A DNA stretch of 64,000 bases from the NCBI GenBank assembly GCA_044226015.1, contig JBGAHS010000001.1, positions 1,184,001-1,248,000 of the forward strand, in the 5' to 3' direction. Positions 17,472 through 27,273 of the stretch are shown here, piece by piece. The notes beneath the pieces are model-generated. The model ran no database searches, had not been told where the DNA came from, and saw only the letters and a list, made by a program, of their open reading frames with translations. Position 1 is the first letter of the stretch. Each line of letters opens with the position of its first letter. The translations under genes and the position numbers were made by a program. This stretch comes from Candidatus Obscuribacteraceae bacterium (lineage in GTDB: Bacteria > Cyanobacteriota > Vampirovibrionia > Obscuribacterales > Obscuribacteraceae).

Positions 17472-19034
17472 TTGTGCAGCAGACCATTGAAGGATGAAGC
17501 CGTGACTACTGAAAGTTTGTGGAAACTTGAAATCAAGCATGACAGCAAGGGACGAATTGAAACAATTCGACGTCCTGATGGACGGAGCGTTAATTGCGAA
17601 TACGATAGCCAGGGTCTTCTGGTGCGATTCAAGTTTCCTGTCGATGGCGATTGGAGCAGAAATGCTGATGCCTGGCTTAGACATGATAAAAACGGCAATG
17701 TTATAGATCAACTTCGCGGCGAAATCACAGTTAGTTCGAACGGCGACCTTTCGATAGTGGATGTTGAAGCTGGTGAAACTGAGGTATGTCACGCTGATGG
17801 TTCTTTGACCACTCGGTATTCAAACGGCTCAAGTCTCACGCGCAGCCGAGATGGACTTGTTCTCGGCATTACGCATCCGAACGGGCGCTCAGACACTATG
17901 GAATACGATGAGCATCGCAATTTACGTCGAGTCATCTTGCCTGACCGTGGTGAATGGTTGAAGACTGACAAAGGGTGGTTGCGCCGAGATGCAAATGGAT
18001 TGCCCGTAGAAGTCGTAGATGGTGAAATATCTGTACGCGACAACGGTGACATTGTTCTCTATGACTTCAAAACTGGAGAAACCGATACAACTCACTTAAA
18101 CGGCTCAATAAGTATTGGGAATGCGGACGGCTCGCAAATGACCGTCGATTTTAAAGGCAGAGTTCTGGCTGTTACACGACCAGATGGAAAATGGGCTGTC
18201 TGCGAATACGATGATACTGGAAGGCTCATGAAGGTTCGTCTGGATATTGGTGATTGGCACAGGGTTGATCTCGCCTGGGAACGCCTGGATGAGCAAGGAA
18301 ATGTTGTAGATAGATTAGACGGCGATATGACTGTCACCGCAGATGGTGATGTTGTCCTTCGGGACAGAGCTGGTTTTGCGGAGATCAGCCATCTCGACGG
18401 CTCACTCACTCTAGCTAATCCCGATGGGTCCAGGCTGACCAAGTCTGCTGATGGAAAGGTAATTGCGATTACTCATCCTAACGGCGGTTGTGACTCGATT
18501 GAATATGACTCTGCGGGGCAAGTGCAGAGGATTGTTTTGCCTGATGACGGAGCATGGATCCGCTCATCCGAAGGCTGGCAACGTGTTGATGACGAAGGCA
18601 ATCTCATCGAGGAAATAAGAGGCGAGATTCTGGTTTCAGATGAGGGTGACCTTGTATTGGTTGATCATGCAAGTGGTGAAACCGACATCACACACCTCGA
18701 CGGAACGGTCACCGTCATTAATTCTGATAATTCACAGATAACGATAAATGCACGTGGTCAGGTAATTGCTCTTACGCAAGTTGATGGCAACTCCATAAGA
18801 GTTGAGTACGCGTCCGATCACAGCGCGTGCAAAATTATTTTTCCAGGAGGCGACAGCTGGAGCCGCGTAGCTGAAGGCTGGGCGCGATTGGATGAAGAAG
18901 GGCACACCATTGATATGCTCTACGGAAAAATCATTGTGGATGAAAATGCATCAATTATCCTCGTCGATGAACAAGCTCAAGAGATGGAAATCAGCTATCT
19001 CGATGGCAGCCACGAAGTCAAACCACTTGCTTAA
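17472..19034 (+). CDS. Repeat protein with five ~100-aa YD-like repeat units
   Basis: Recurrent G.V..IT.P[DN]G....EYD..G...W...W.R.D..G...G.I.V...GD units. Confidence 0.8.
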   Translation: MCSRPLKDEAVTTESLWKLEIKHDSKGRIETIRRPDGRSVNCEYDSQGLLVRFKFPVDGDWSRNADAWLRHDKNGNVIDQLRGEITVSSNGDLSIVDVEAGETEVCHADGSLTTRYSNGSSLTRSRDGLVLGITHPNGRSDTMEYDEHRNLRRVILPDRGEWLKTDKGWLRRDANGLPVEVVDGEISVRDNGDIVLYDFKTGETDTTHLNGSISIGNADGSQMTVDFKGRVLAVTRPDGKWAVCEYDDTGRLMKVRLDIGDWHRVDLAWERLDEQGNVVDRLDGDMTVTADGDVVLRDRAGFAEISHLDGSLTLANPDGSRLTKSADGKVIAITHPNGGCDSIEYDSAGQVQRIVLPDDGAWIRSSEGWQRVDDEGNLIEEIRGEILVSDEGDLVLVDHASGETDITHLDGTVTVINSDNSQITINARGQVIALTQVDGNSIRVEYASDHSACKIIFPGGDSWSRVAEGWARLDEEGHTIDMLYGKIIVDENASIILVDEQAQEMEISYLDGSHEVKPLA

Positions 19035-19132
19035 AGCTTCTTGACTCTAAGGACTCTCAAGGTTAGTGAGTTAGAGGCTGACGACTGCAGGGGATGCAGT
19101 CGTCAGCAATGTACTTGGGACGGGGAAAAGCT

Positions 19133-19498
19133 TTAATAGTAGCGGACCTTACCAGGACCTGGTGGATTGTATGTCCAGCCCCGTCCATTTCCGCCAACGG
19201 GTCCTGCCGGATTGTAGTGCCAGTATTTTCCGTGACCAGCACCTCCTTGCGGTCCTGGAGGATTAGCACCATAGCCGTAATAGTTGTGATAGTTTTGGTA
19301 GACCGTTTTTCCGGGACCAGGTGGATTGTAGACCCATCCTCTCCCCGCGCCGCCTTTAGCTCCAGCAGGGTTGAAATGCCAGTATTTACCATGTCCTGGA
19401 CCGCCAGCGCGACCGGGAGGGTTGTATGACCACGCTTCTTGCATCGACGTGAGTCCCAGACCCATCACTAATGCCAATGCCATAATGTTTAATTTCAT
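19133..19498 (-). CDS. Small secreted Gly/Pro/aromatic repeat protein
   Basis: Signal peptide, six NP[PA]G repeats, GGAG RBS. Confidence 0.75.
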   Translation of the reverse strand: MKLNIMALALVMGLGLTSMQEAWSYNPPGRAGGPGHGKYWHFNPAGAKGGAGRGWVYNPPGPGKTVYQNYHNYYGYGANPPGPQGGAGHGKYWHYNPAGPVGGNGRGWTYNPPGPGKVRYY

Positions 19499-19637
19499 AT
19501 TTTTATCTCCGTGTAAGTTTGCCTTACACCTCTATAAACGTAAAAACCTTGCAAAGGGTTCAATTTTTTTCCAAAAAATTTTTCCAGAAAACAAAAATGT
19601 TATCCTTTGCAATAAATGTCATCGGAAATCCATAAAA

Positions 19638-20159
19638 ATGAACACTAAAAACGCCAGATCGTTCTTTGCTGCACTTACGGTTACAGTTTCAACACTTTGT
19701 TCTGCTAGCGCTTTTGCGGCACCTTCAATCCAAACTGATAGCAAAACTAGTTCAACTGAAGCTGTTCCAGGCAGCGAGAAAACAAAAAGCGAGAAGACTA
19801 GCGTTGCGGGCAAATCCGAACTTGCCAAAAATAATCAGGCACTTGTAGAGGGCGATTGGGTTTCCGAATGGGGACCTGTTTTATTCAAGAAGGATGCCGC
19901 CGGAGTTTACTCGGGACAGTGGAACGAAGGAAAAGACGGTAAAGACAAAATTGGCAAAATTGAGCATGGCAAGCTGGACGAGAAGACATCTGCGTTCGAG
20001 TTTGATTTTCGCGAGACATGGACAGGTCTTGCGGGTCACGCCAAGCTAAAATTGTCTGCTGACAAGAAGAAGCTGAGTGGTGACTGGACTAGAGAAAAGA
20101 AAAAGGGAAGCACGGAAAAGGACAAAGGCACCTGGTCCATGACGCGTCCTGCTAAATAA
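19638..20159 (+). CDS. Secreted hypothetical protein (beta-barrel-like, GxW repeats)
   Basis: Signal peptide ending ASAFA; GDWVSEWG, YSGQW, LSGDW, GTWSM. Confidence 0.7.
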   Translation: MNTKNARSFFAALTVTVSTLCSASAFAAPSIQTDSKTSSTEAVPGSEKTKSEKTSVAGKSELAKNNQALVEGDWVSEWGPVLFKKDAAGVYSGQWNEGKDGKDKIGKIEHGKLDEKTSAFEFDFRETWTGLAGHAKLKLSADKKKLSGDWTREKKKGSTEKDKGTWSMTRPAK

Positions 20160-20164
20160 GTGAA

Positions 20165-20722
20165 GTGAACACAATCTATTCAAAAGAAGAGCTTATAGAA
20201 GCGATCAAAAATGGCTCGCGGTTTAGTTTTACCTTCTTCTGGGGACATCGTAGCACCGCTGATAGTGGCGTTGGACCCAGCTGCATGAGTCAGTGGTTTT
20301 CAGCTAGTTTCAAAATTGATGACACCACTTACGCCACTGCCGAGCATTATATGATGGCTGAGAAAGCAAAACTGTTCAAAGACGAGAAACTCCGCTCTTT
20401 AATTTTGGAGGCAGCTTCGCCAAACGAAGCAAAAGGGCTCGGCCGAAAAATCAAAAACTTCGACGAGGAAGTCTGGTGCGCTAACCGATTTGAAATTGTT
20501 GTGAAGGGCAGTATAGAAAAATTCTCGCAAAACCCTCGCCTCGGCAATTACCTGAAATCTACGGCGCCTACAATTTTGGTGGAAGCGAGCCCCGTTGACG
20601 CGATTTGGGGAATTGGTCTGCATCGCGACGACCCCTCAGCTGGCGACCCTGCGTCGTGGAACGGGCTTAACCTATTAGGTTTTGCCCTCATGAAAGCTAG
20701 AGATACCTTACTCAGCAAATAA
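20165..20722 (+). CDS. NADAR/YbiA-family N-glycosidase
   Basis: FFWGH, SQWF, TAEHYMMAEKA, LVEASPVDAIWGIG, GLNLLGFALM. Confidence 0.93.
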   Translation: MNTIYSKEELIEAIKNGSRFSFTFFWGHRSTADSGVGPSCMSQWFSASFKIDDTTYATAEHYMMAEKAKLFKDEKLRSLILEAASPNEAKGLGRKIKNFDEEVWCANRFEIVVKGSIEKFSQNPRLGNYLKSTAPTILVEASPVDAIWGIGLHRDDPSAGDPASWNGLNLLGFALMKARDTLLSK

Positions 20723-20757
20723 GGTATACTCCTGCATATGGCAATGGGAGAGTCAAA

Positions 20758-21501
20758 GTGTTTCCGCTTTCTGATGATAACAGCGACCGGCAGACAACGC
20801 CCTGGGTCAATTACATTGTTATAGCTTTAAACGTTATTGTGTTTGTGTTTTTTCAGGCTCTTGGTCAAAACGAGGCGTTCAACAACGCCTTCTCGTGCAT
20901 TCCAAGAGAAATCGCGACTGGTCATGATATCGTAGGACCGATGCGTATAAGTGATGCCTCAGGACAGAGCACAACGTTGATGCATTACCTGACCCCAGGC
21001 TCGGTTTATGTAACTCTGGTTACGTCCATGTTCATGCATGGCGGACTTGCCCACATCGGTGGCAACATGTTGTATCTGTGGATTTTTGGCGATAACCTGG
21101 AAGATCTCATGGGACACTTCAAGTATTTTGTTTTCTACTTGCTCTGCGGAATCGCTGCAAGCATGTCTCACGTTATTTGCACTGAGCTAATGAACCTAAA
21201 TGACGTTATACCATCTCTCGGCGCTTCTGGTGCCATCTCCGGCGTACTAGGTGGGTACATCTTGTTGTTTCCAAATCGGCGCGTCACCGTGATTTTTTTG
21301 AGACAAGTAATGCACGTTCCAGCATATGCATGTCTGGGATTATGGATACTAATGCAGCTCGCTGATAGCATGGGATGGCTGGGCGGACAGGCTGACACCT
21401 CTGGCGTTGCTTATGCTGCTCACATCGGTGGTTTTGTTGCCGGAATTTCACTGGTGAAACTCTTTGCCAAGCCCATTCAGACTCGTTCTAGCTACTACTA
21501 A
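20758..21501 (+). CDS. Rhomboid intramembrane serine protease
   Basis: SMFMHGGLAHIGGNMLYLWIFGDN, GASGA, AHIGGF. Confidence 0.95.
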   Translation: MFPLSDDNSDRQTTPWVNYIVIALNVIVFVFFQALGQNEAFNNAFSCIPREIATGHDIVGPMRISDASGQSTTLMHYLTPGSVYVTLVTSMFMHGGLAHIGGNMLYLWIFGDNLEDLMGHFKYFVFYLLCGIAASMSHVICTELMNLNDVIPSLGASGAISGVLGGYILLFPNRRVTVIFLRQVMHVPAYACLGLWILMQLADSMGWLGGQADTSGVAYAAHIGGFVAGISLVKLFAKPIQTRSSYY

Positions 21502-21582
21502 GGAGTCGATTCGCTTGTTGTTTTTTTACAAAGGGAAATCGCTCTGCTTGTCCTGCTTATAATTCATGCAGGGAGAACAGCG

Positions 21583-22842
21583 TTGAGAATCATCATTACA
21601 GCGATAGGCAGCTCGGGCGACATAAATCCGATGGTGACCATTGCCAGTAAGCTGCAGGGGATGGGACACGAAGTCGTTTTCATCGCAAGCCCTGTTTTCC
21701 ATGAAAAAGTGTCGCGGCATGGCATTATATTTGAGCCGCTTGGAACTGAAGAAGACTACTACACTGCTGTTTCGGACCCCGATGCCTGGAAGCTGGAAAA
21801 TGCCTTTGGCGCAGTTTGGAAATATGTGATTAAAGCTGCTGAATTGAATTTCGATGCGATAAAGAAACACATAAGGGAAAATCAGACATTGCTAATTGGT
21901 ACCAGTCTGGCAATTGGTGCAAGATTCGTACAAGAAAGGATGGGACTGCCACTAGCGACGGTGCACCTTTCGCCATCACTTATGTTGTCAGCTTATGACA
22001 CACCTAAGTCTGATACCAATCCGATTCCTGAGTGGGCACCTACTTTTGTCAAATCACTTTTTTTCGGCTTTTGCGAAAAGACCTTTCTCGATCCAATCTG
22101 TATGCCGCCTCTGAATGCCGTTCGTGCTCGATTGAGTTTGCCGCCGGTAAACAATGTAATGACCCGGTGGATTCACTCTCCCGAACTCGTTCTCTGTGCT
22201 TTTCCTGAATGGTTTGCAGCTGTTCAACCAGACTGGCCGCCGAATTGTTACAACACCAATTTCCCGCTTTTTAAGACCGAGTTCGATCCCCCCCTTCTTC
22301 CCGAGATTGAGCAATTTCTCGACGCAGGTGAAGCACCGATTGCCGTCACGGCCGGTACGGCGATGGCGTTCGCTCGACCGTTCCTGGAACGGGGGCTCGA
22401 GATGTCTAAACTTTTGAACCGCCGTTGTTTGCTGGTTTGTAATTTCAAGGAACAGTTGCCGCCCGATTTGCCCGATTGGGCTTTGCATGTGAGTTATGCC
22501 AATTTTCAGGCATTGTTTAAGCGCGTATCCATGGCTGTTCATCACGGTGGCATCGGAACCAGTGCGATGGCCATTTATTGTGGAACGCCTCAGATGATTT
22601 CTCCTTTCGCCCATGACCAGTCTGACAATGCTATGCGCTTGCAGAAAATTGGGCTGGCCCGGGCGGTTTCGTTAAAAGATGGCGCCAAGACCTGGGCTAA
22701 AGCCGGAGAGGGTCTTATGAGTGAAAAGGTGAAACAGGACTGCCTTAGCTTTCAGCGGAAGTTAGAGTCGCAGCCATCTGGGACGGATACTATGATTGAA
22801 CTGATACAGAAGAAATTGATTAAACCGCAAATGTCCCGTTGA
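21583..22842 (+). CDS. GT1 glycosyltransferase (RhlB/sterol glycosyltransferase-like)
   Basis: GSSGDINP, HHGGIGT, PFAHDQ.DNA. Confidence 0.9.
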   Translation: MRIIITAIGSSGDINPMVTIASKLQGMGHEVVFIASPVFHEKVSRHGIIFEPLGTEEDYYTAVSDPDAWKLENAFGAVWKYVIKAAELNFDAIKKHIRENQTLLIGTSLAIGARFVQERMGLPLATVHLSPSLMLSAYDTPKSDTNPIPEWAPTFVKSLFFGFCEKTFLDPICMPPLNAVRARLSLPPVNNVMTRWIHSPELVLCAFPEWFAAVQPDWPPNCYNTNFPLFKTEFDPPLLPEIEQFLDAGEAPIAVTAGTAMAFARPFLERGLEMSKLLNRRCLLVCNFKEQLPPDLPDWALHVSYANFQALFKRVSMAVHHGGIGTSAMAIYCGTPQMISPFAHDQSDNAMRLQKIGLARAVSLKDGAKTWAKAGEGLMSEKVKQDCLSFQRKLESQPSGTDTMIELIQKKLIKPQMSR

Positions 22843-22961
22843 GACGGCATTTCTGCTATCTTCGCCAGCGAGCCATGCTTCTAATTTTGGATCGGTTTCC
22901 TTTGTCACAAATCGCATGTTTGATGCCTTTGCGTGGAACAAAGTAAAGCGGAGGATAGAAT

Positions 22962-25175
22962 TTGACTGCTGACGCCGACCTATACGAAGTTGATGAGCTT
23001 CCAGAATTAAAAATTCTAGAGCCAGACAGCATTGTTGCTGAGCGCTACCGCATTATCGAGGTGCTCGGAAAGGGTGGCATGGGCGTGGTCTACAAAGCTG
23101 AGCATATCCATATGAACCGCTTTGAGGCGCTCAAGATGATGCTGCAAGCCAGCTCTGCTGCGGCTGCAGCTCAAGATTTGCGTCGATTTCAGCGGGAGGC
23201 AAAGGCCGCGAGCCTTTTGAACCATCCTAACATCGTCGCCATTCACGACTTCGGCATTTTTGAAGGCAGTGCCTACCTGTGCATGGATTATCTTGAGGGT
23301 CAGTCGCTGGATTTTGTTCTTGCGAAAAAGCCTCTGACGCTTGAGCAGTTTCGACATATTTTTGCTCAGGCTTGCGATGCCTTGCAACATGCTCATGAGA
23401 AGGGGATTGTGCATCGTGATTTGAAACCTAGCAATATCATGATCACAGAGCGTCGCAACGACCCAAATTATGTGATGATTCTCGATTTTGGGCTGGTTAA
23501 GCTAATTCAAGGCAGTGGTGACCATAAGTTGACCGCAACTAATATGGTGATTGGTAGCCCGCTGTACATGAGCCCTGAACAGTGTCGCGCCGTGGCATTG
23601 GATCACCGGTCTGATATCTATTCGCTAGGTTGTGTGATGTATGAGAGCCTAACTGGCACACCGCCATTCCTTGCTGACACAGTTTTTGATGTGATGAACG
23701 CACACATCAGCAAAGAAACGGTGCCAATGAAAGACCGTCGGCAGGGTCTATATGTGCCGACTGCGCTTGAAAAAGTAATTTCTAAAGCCATGGCAAAAGA
23801 TCCCGCTGCCCGCTACCAATCAATGAGCGATTTGGCAAAAGCTATCGAAGATTCGTTCAGTGGTGCTCCTGAATTGGCTGTCAGTGCTTCCACCCTAACT
23901 AAAGCATCCAACACTCAAGCTGCTGCAAAAAAATCAAGCCGTCGTCGGCGTGATCGTAATTTAGTGCTGGCAGGGTGGAGCATTATTGCAGGGCTCTTGC
24001 TAGTCATTGCGGGTGTGTTGTTTTTCAACTCAATTAACTCACATTCTCCAGACCGCGTTGCGTCCAAAATTCAATCAGAAACAAATGGCACAGTCAGACC
24101 TGGTCAGCTGGGAACCAAACCGATTGAACCTCTGAGCTTCAGCAATTCCATCCCGTCTGGCACGGCATCACCAGCCAACCCATCTGCAAATGGTTCTTCA
24201 TCAATTGGCAAGTTGCCACCACCACCGGTGTCTTTGAATTCGCCCACAGGAAAAACGGAGGGGCATATTCCGGTAGCGATTCCTCCTGTAAATCCTAAGT
24301 CTGCCCCGTCTGCTGATAATGAACAGTCCAGGGCACAGTCTGCCGCTCTTCCTCCCGCCCAGGCTACCTTTAGTTCGCGCCCTGCAAACTCTTCAGATGC
24401 GGACTCTGAGCAGTTGTTGCGTAGTGCTGACTCCTTATATCAAAGAAGTGAATGGAGTCCTGCCCGCAATAAGTATCTGACGTTTTTGAATCTCAGTCCG
24501 AGTCCTAAAAACGATGACCAGACCAGAGTGTATGCGAAGTTAACCGTTATTGCATCTAACCTGGGCGAATCAACTCAAGATTATTTGTCTCGCTTCAAAT
24601 ATTTGTTCAACTTCAACCAGCGTCCAATGGAAGACGACCCAGGCACGCTCTATAAATTGGCTAAAATAGCTGGTCGCGAAGACCTCAGCTTTCTGGAGAA
24701 GATTTTGCGCACAACAGTAAGTGGCTATGAAAGAATTCATAGAAGTCCAGATAGAAATACAATTATGTTAAAGATGGAATTGAGTAAGGTTTGTCTGGAA
24801 GAAGGCAAACAGAGTGATGCTGACTCTTTGCTCGCTGAAGCCGCTCGTGATGCTGCGTTTGTGGCACCGGAACTTGTTGAAGATGCGAAGCGCCATCTGG
24901 CTCAGATTCGAAGTAGGTTGAACAATAATCCAGAGTTCTCTCCATTGCCTGCTGGCGAGGGTGGTGGCTATGGAGGTGGTTACAACGGCCCGCCTAATGG
25001 TTTTCCTCCTGGTGAAAATCCTGGTGGCTTCCTGGGCCCCCCTGGTTTGAGGCGTGGACCTATGCGTGGCGGCGGTCCCTTCGGTGCTGAACCGGGTGGC
25101 GGTGGACCCATCGGTGGTGGACCAATGGGCGGCGGTCCCTTCGGTGGCGGACCCAATGGCGGCGGCTCTCGCTGA
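22962..25175 (+). CDS. Membrane Ser/Thr protein kinase with Pro-rich, TPR-like and Gly/Pro-rich C-terminal regions
   Basis: LGKGGMGVVY, HRDLKPSN, DFG, YMSPEQ, SDIYSLG; one transmembrane helix. Confidence 0.95.
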   Translation: MTADADLYEVDELPELKILEPDSIVAERYRIIEVLGKGGMGVVYKAEHIHMNRFEALKMMLQASSAAAAAQDLRRFQREAKAASLLNHPNIVAIHDFGIFEGSAYLCMDYLEGQSLDFVLAKKPLTLEQFRHIFAQACDALQHAHEKGIVHRDLKPSNIMITERRNDPNYVMILDFGLVKLIQGSGDHKLTATNMVIGSPLYMSPEQCRAVALDHRSDIYSLGCVMYESLTGTPPFLADTVFDVMNAHISKETVPMKDRRQGLYVPTALEKVISKAMAKDPAARYQSMSDLAKAIEDSFSGAPELAVSASTLTKASNTQAAAKKSSRRRRDRNLVLAGWSIIAGLLLVIAGVLFFNSINSHSPDRVASKIQSETNGTVRPGQLGTKPIEPLSFSNSIPSGTASPANPSANGSSSIGKLPPPPVSLNSPTGKTEGHIPVAIPPVNPKSAPSADNEQSRAQSAALPPAQATFSSRPANSSDADSEQLLRSADSLYQRSEWSPARNKYLTFLNLSPSPKNDDQTRVYAKLTVIASNLGESTQDYLSRFKYLFNFNQRPMEDDPGTLYKLAKIAGREDLSFLEKILRTTVSGYERIHRSPDRNTIMLKMELSKVCLEEGKQSDADSLLAEAARDAAFVAPELVEDAKRHLAQIRSRLNNNPEFSPLPAGEGGGYGGGYNGPPNGFPPGENPGGFLGPPGLRRGPMRGGGPFGAEPGGGGPIGGGPMGGGPFGGGPNGGGSR

Positions 25176-25214
25176 TGATAGAATTTCAATCGGCGAGTGG
25201 AAAGCGGAAGGTGT

Positions 25215-26987
25215 ATGAAAACGCAAGAGACGATTAGTCTCAACATCGGAGCCACAATTCTCGCTGGCTTGCTCAGTTCGCTTTGTATCCTGTTCATGAG
25301 CCCTGGAGCGCCTCTTTTACTATTGGCAAGTCCCTTCGCATTTTCAGTTTTGGCTGCCTTCTTTCAATATCGATTTGTAATGAAACCCTGGCACAAAACC
25401 CTTGGCGACTTGCTAAGCAAGGCGCTCAATTTGCAAGAGTCGGCTTCTGCTAATCCAGGAACGCCACCACCTTCGGTGGCTGCGATTGAGTCCAAGTCTA
25501 AGGTGGGAATTACAAGCTCGCAAAATCAACTTGGGCTATTACGGGAGTCCATCGAGATTGCAACCGAGCGGTTCAAAGAAAATAGACTTCGAGAGAATGC
25601 TCTTATTCAGCACGCTGTCGATGTGATTTGTGTGATTGATTTGAATGCGAAGTTGCTTTCGGTAAATCCTGCTTCAACCTCTGTGTGGGGCTACCGACCG
25701 GAAGAACTCATCGGAAAGCAAATTACGGATTTCTTGGTAAGCGATGATGTGAAGAACACCATGAAAGCTCTTTTAGGAGCAGAAAAAAGCATCGACAAAC
25801 TTTATTTCGAAAATCGTTTTCGCAAAAAGACTGGTGAAGTAGTCGACTTGCTGTGGTCTGCTCATTTGTCGGCTACTGATCGCGGGCTATTTTGTATTGC
25901 TCATGATATTACAGAGCGCAAGCGTGCTGAACAAATGTTGAGAGAGAGTGAACAGCGTGTTAGAGGCATTCTTGAAAGTTTGCCAGCTGGTGTTGCTGTA
26001 ATCGTAGACAACGGCAAAATTGAATTTATGAATCAAACAGCGCTCGATTTAAGTGGCTATGCAACTGCAGACTCCGCGAAAATCAATGCCAAGGATTTGA
26101 TCAGTCTTCCAAGTGGTGAGTTATTTAGCCCTGAAAAAAGTTTGCAGAGCCCGGAGGCAAGCTTCGACTGCATTGTCACAAAAGTGACTGGCGAACGATT
26201 TCCTGCAGAAGCCTCTGTTCGTCAACTTTCCTGGGGAAAAGGTAAAGCTTGTTTGTTGATATTTTTAGATGCCACTTTAAAGCACGAGGTTGAGCAAGCG
26301 AAACGAGAATTTGTCGCCATGGTTAGCCATGATCTTAGGACGCCATTGACTGCGATATCACTTATCTTCTCTTATCTGCTAGATGGGCTTGCAGGAGAAC
26401 TCACGGAAGATGGCGTTGATTTCGCTAAGAGAGGACAAAATTCTTGCGAGCGTTTGATGAATCTGGTGCAGGACCTTCTCGATTTAGAAAAAATGCGCGC
26501 AGGGAAATTTGTTATGGATCGAGTCGAAACTTCCATAAAAGAAGTTGTCGACGCTTCGTTTGAAACTGTAAAGCCCTATGCGGATGCCCAGGGGATAGCT
26601 CTTTCGCAGAACGTTCCTGATCTGAAGTGCCTTTGTGATGGTGGACGAATAATTCAAGTGCTTGTGAATCTACTGAGTAACGCTGTGAAATTTTCGACAT
26701 CTGGCGGAACCGTTCACCTCGGTGTAAAAGAAGACGCTGAACGAATTGTTGTGCAGGTGAGCAACCGTGGTAGGACAATTTCAGCGGAGAAGTTGAACAG
26801 TATATTTGAGAAGTTTGAGCAAGCTGATGCACGCGGCGCTGTTGAGCGAAAGGGTACTGGTCTAGGTCTTACCATATCTAAAACGATCATCGAGCAGCAC
26901 AATGGAAAAATATGGGTCGAGAGTTCTGACGATCTTGGCACGACCTTTTCGTTTACGCTGCCGCCATTCGAAGGCGACGAGAGCTGA
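25215..26987 (+). CDS. PAS-domain sensor histidine kinase
   Basis: Two PAS domains, SHDLRTPL, NLLSNAVKF, GTGLGL. Confidence 0.95.
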   Translation: MKTQETISLNIGATILAGLLSSLCILFMSPGAPLLLLASPFAFSVLAAFFQYRFVMKPWHKTLGDLLSKALNLQESASANPGTPPPSVAAIESKSKVGITSSQNQLGLLRESIEIATERFKENRLRENALIQHAVDVICVIDLNAKLLSVNPASTSVWGYRPEELIGKQITDFLVSDDVKNTMKALLGAEKSIDKLYFENRFRKKTGEVVDLLWSAHLSATDRGLFCIAHDITERKRAEQMLRESEQRVRGILESLPAGVAVIVDNGKIEFMNQTALDLSGYATADSAKINAKDLISLPSGELFSPEKSLQSPEASFDCIVTKVTGERFPAEASVRQLSWGKGKACLLIFLDATLKHEVEQAKREFVAMVSHDLRTPLTAISLIFSYLLDGLAGELTEDGVDFAKRGQNSCERLMNLVQDLLDLEKMRAGKFVMDRVETSIKEVVDASFETVKPYADAQGIALSQNVPDLKCLCDGGRIIQVLVNLLSNAVKFSTSGGTVHLGVKEDAERIVVQVSNRGRTISAEKLNSIFEKFEQADARGAVERKGTGLGLTISKTIIEQHNGKIWVESSDDLGTTFSFTLPPFEGDES

Positions 26988-26996
26988 AAAGTTAGT

Positions 26997-27207
26997 ATCA
27001 CTAGAATCCTGCTGGCTCGGAGATCACTAGTAGGCTTCGGAGGTCACCAGTATCCTGCTGGCTCGGTGATCACCAGTAGGCTTCGGAGGTCACCAGTATC
27101 CTGCTGGCTCGGTGATCACTAGTAGGCTTCGGAGGTCACCAGTATCCTGTTGGCTCGGTGATCACTAGTAGGCTTCGGAGGTCACCAGTATCCTGTTGGC
27201 TTCGGAG
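26997..27207. repeat. 46-bp tandem repeat, about 4.5 copies
   Basis: Unit ATCCTGCTGGCTCGGTGATCACTAGTAGGCTTCGGAGGTCACCAGT starting at 27006, 27052, 27098, 27144 and 27190 (partial). Confidence 0.95.
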
Positions 27208-27273
27208 ATGGCTTCTATCATGCTAGCTTCAAAGATAGCTGTTATCCTCGCTGGAAGAATGGGGAACGAAGCC

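Noticed and set aside
24960..25172. GC-rich repeats at the end of the kinase gene
   Set aside because: Explained by the low-complexity GGGP(F/M/I)G protein tail
26997..27207. CRISPR array
   Set aside because: Units are contiguous with no unique spacers, and no cas genes are in the window
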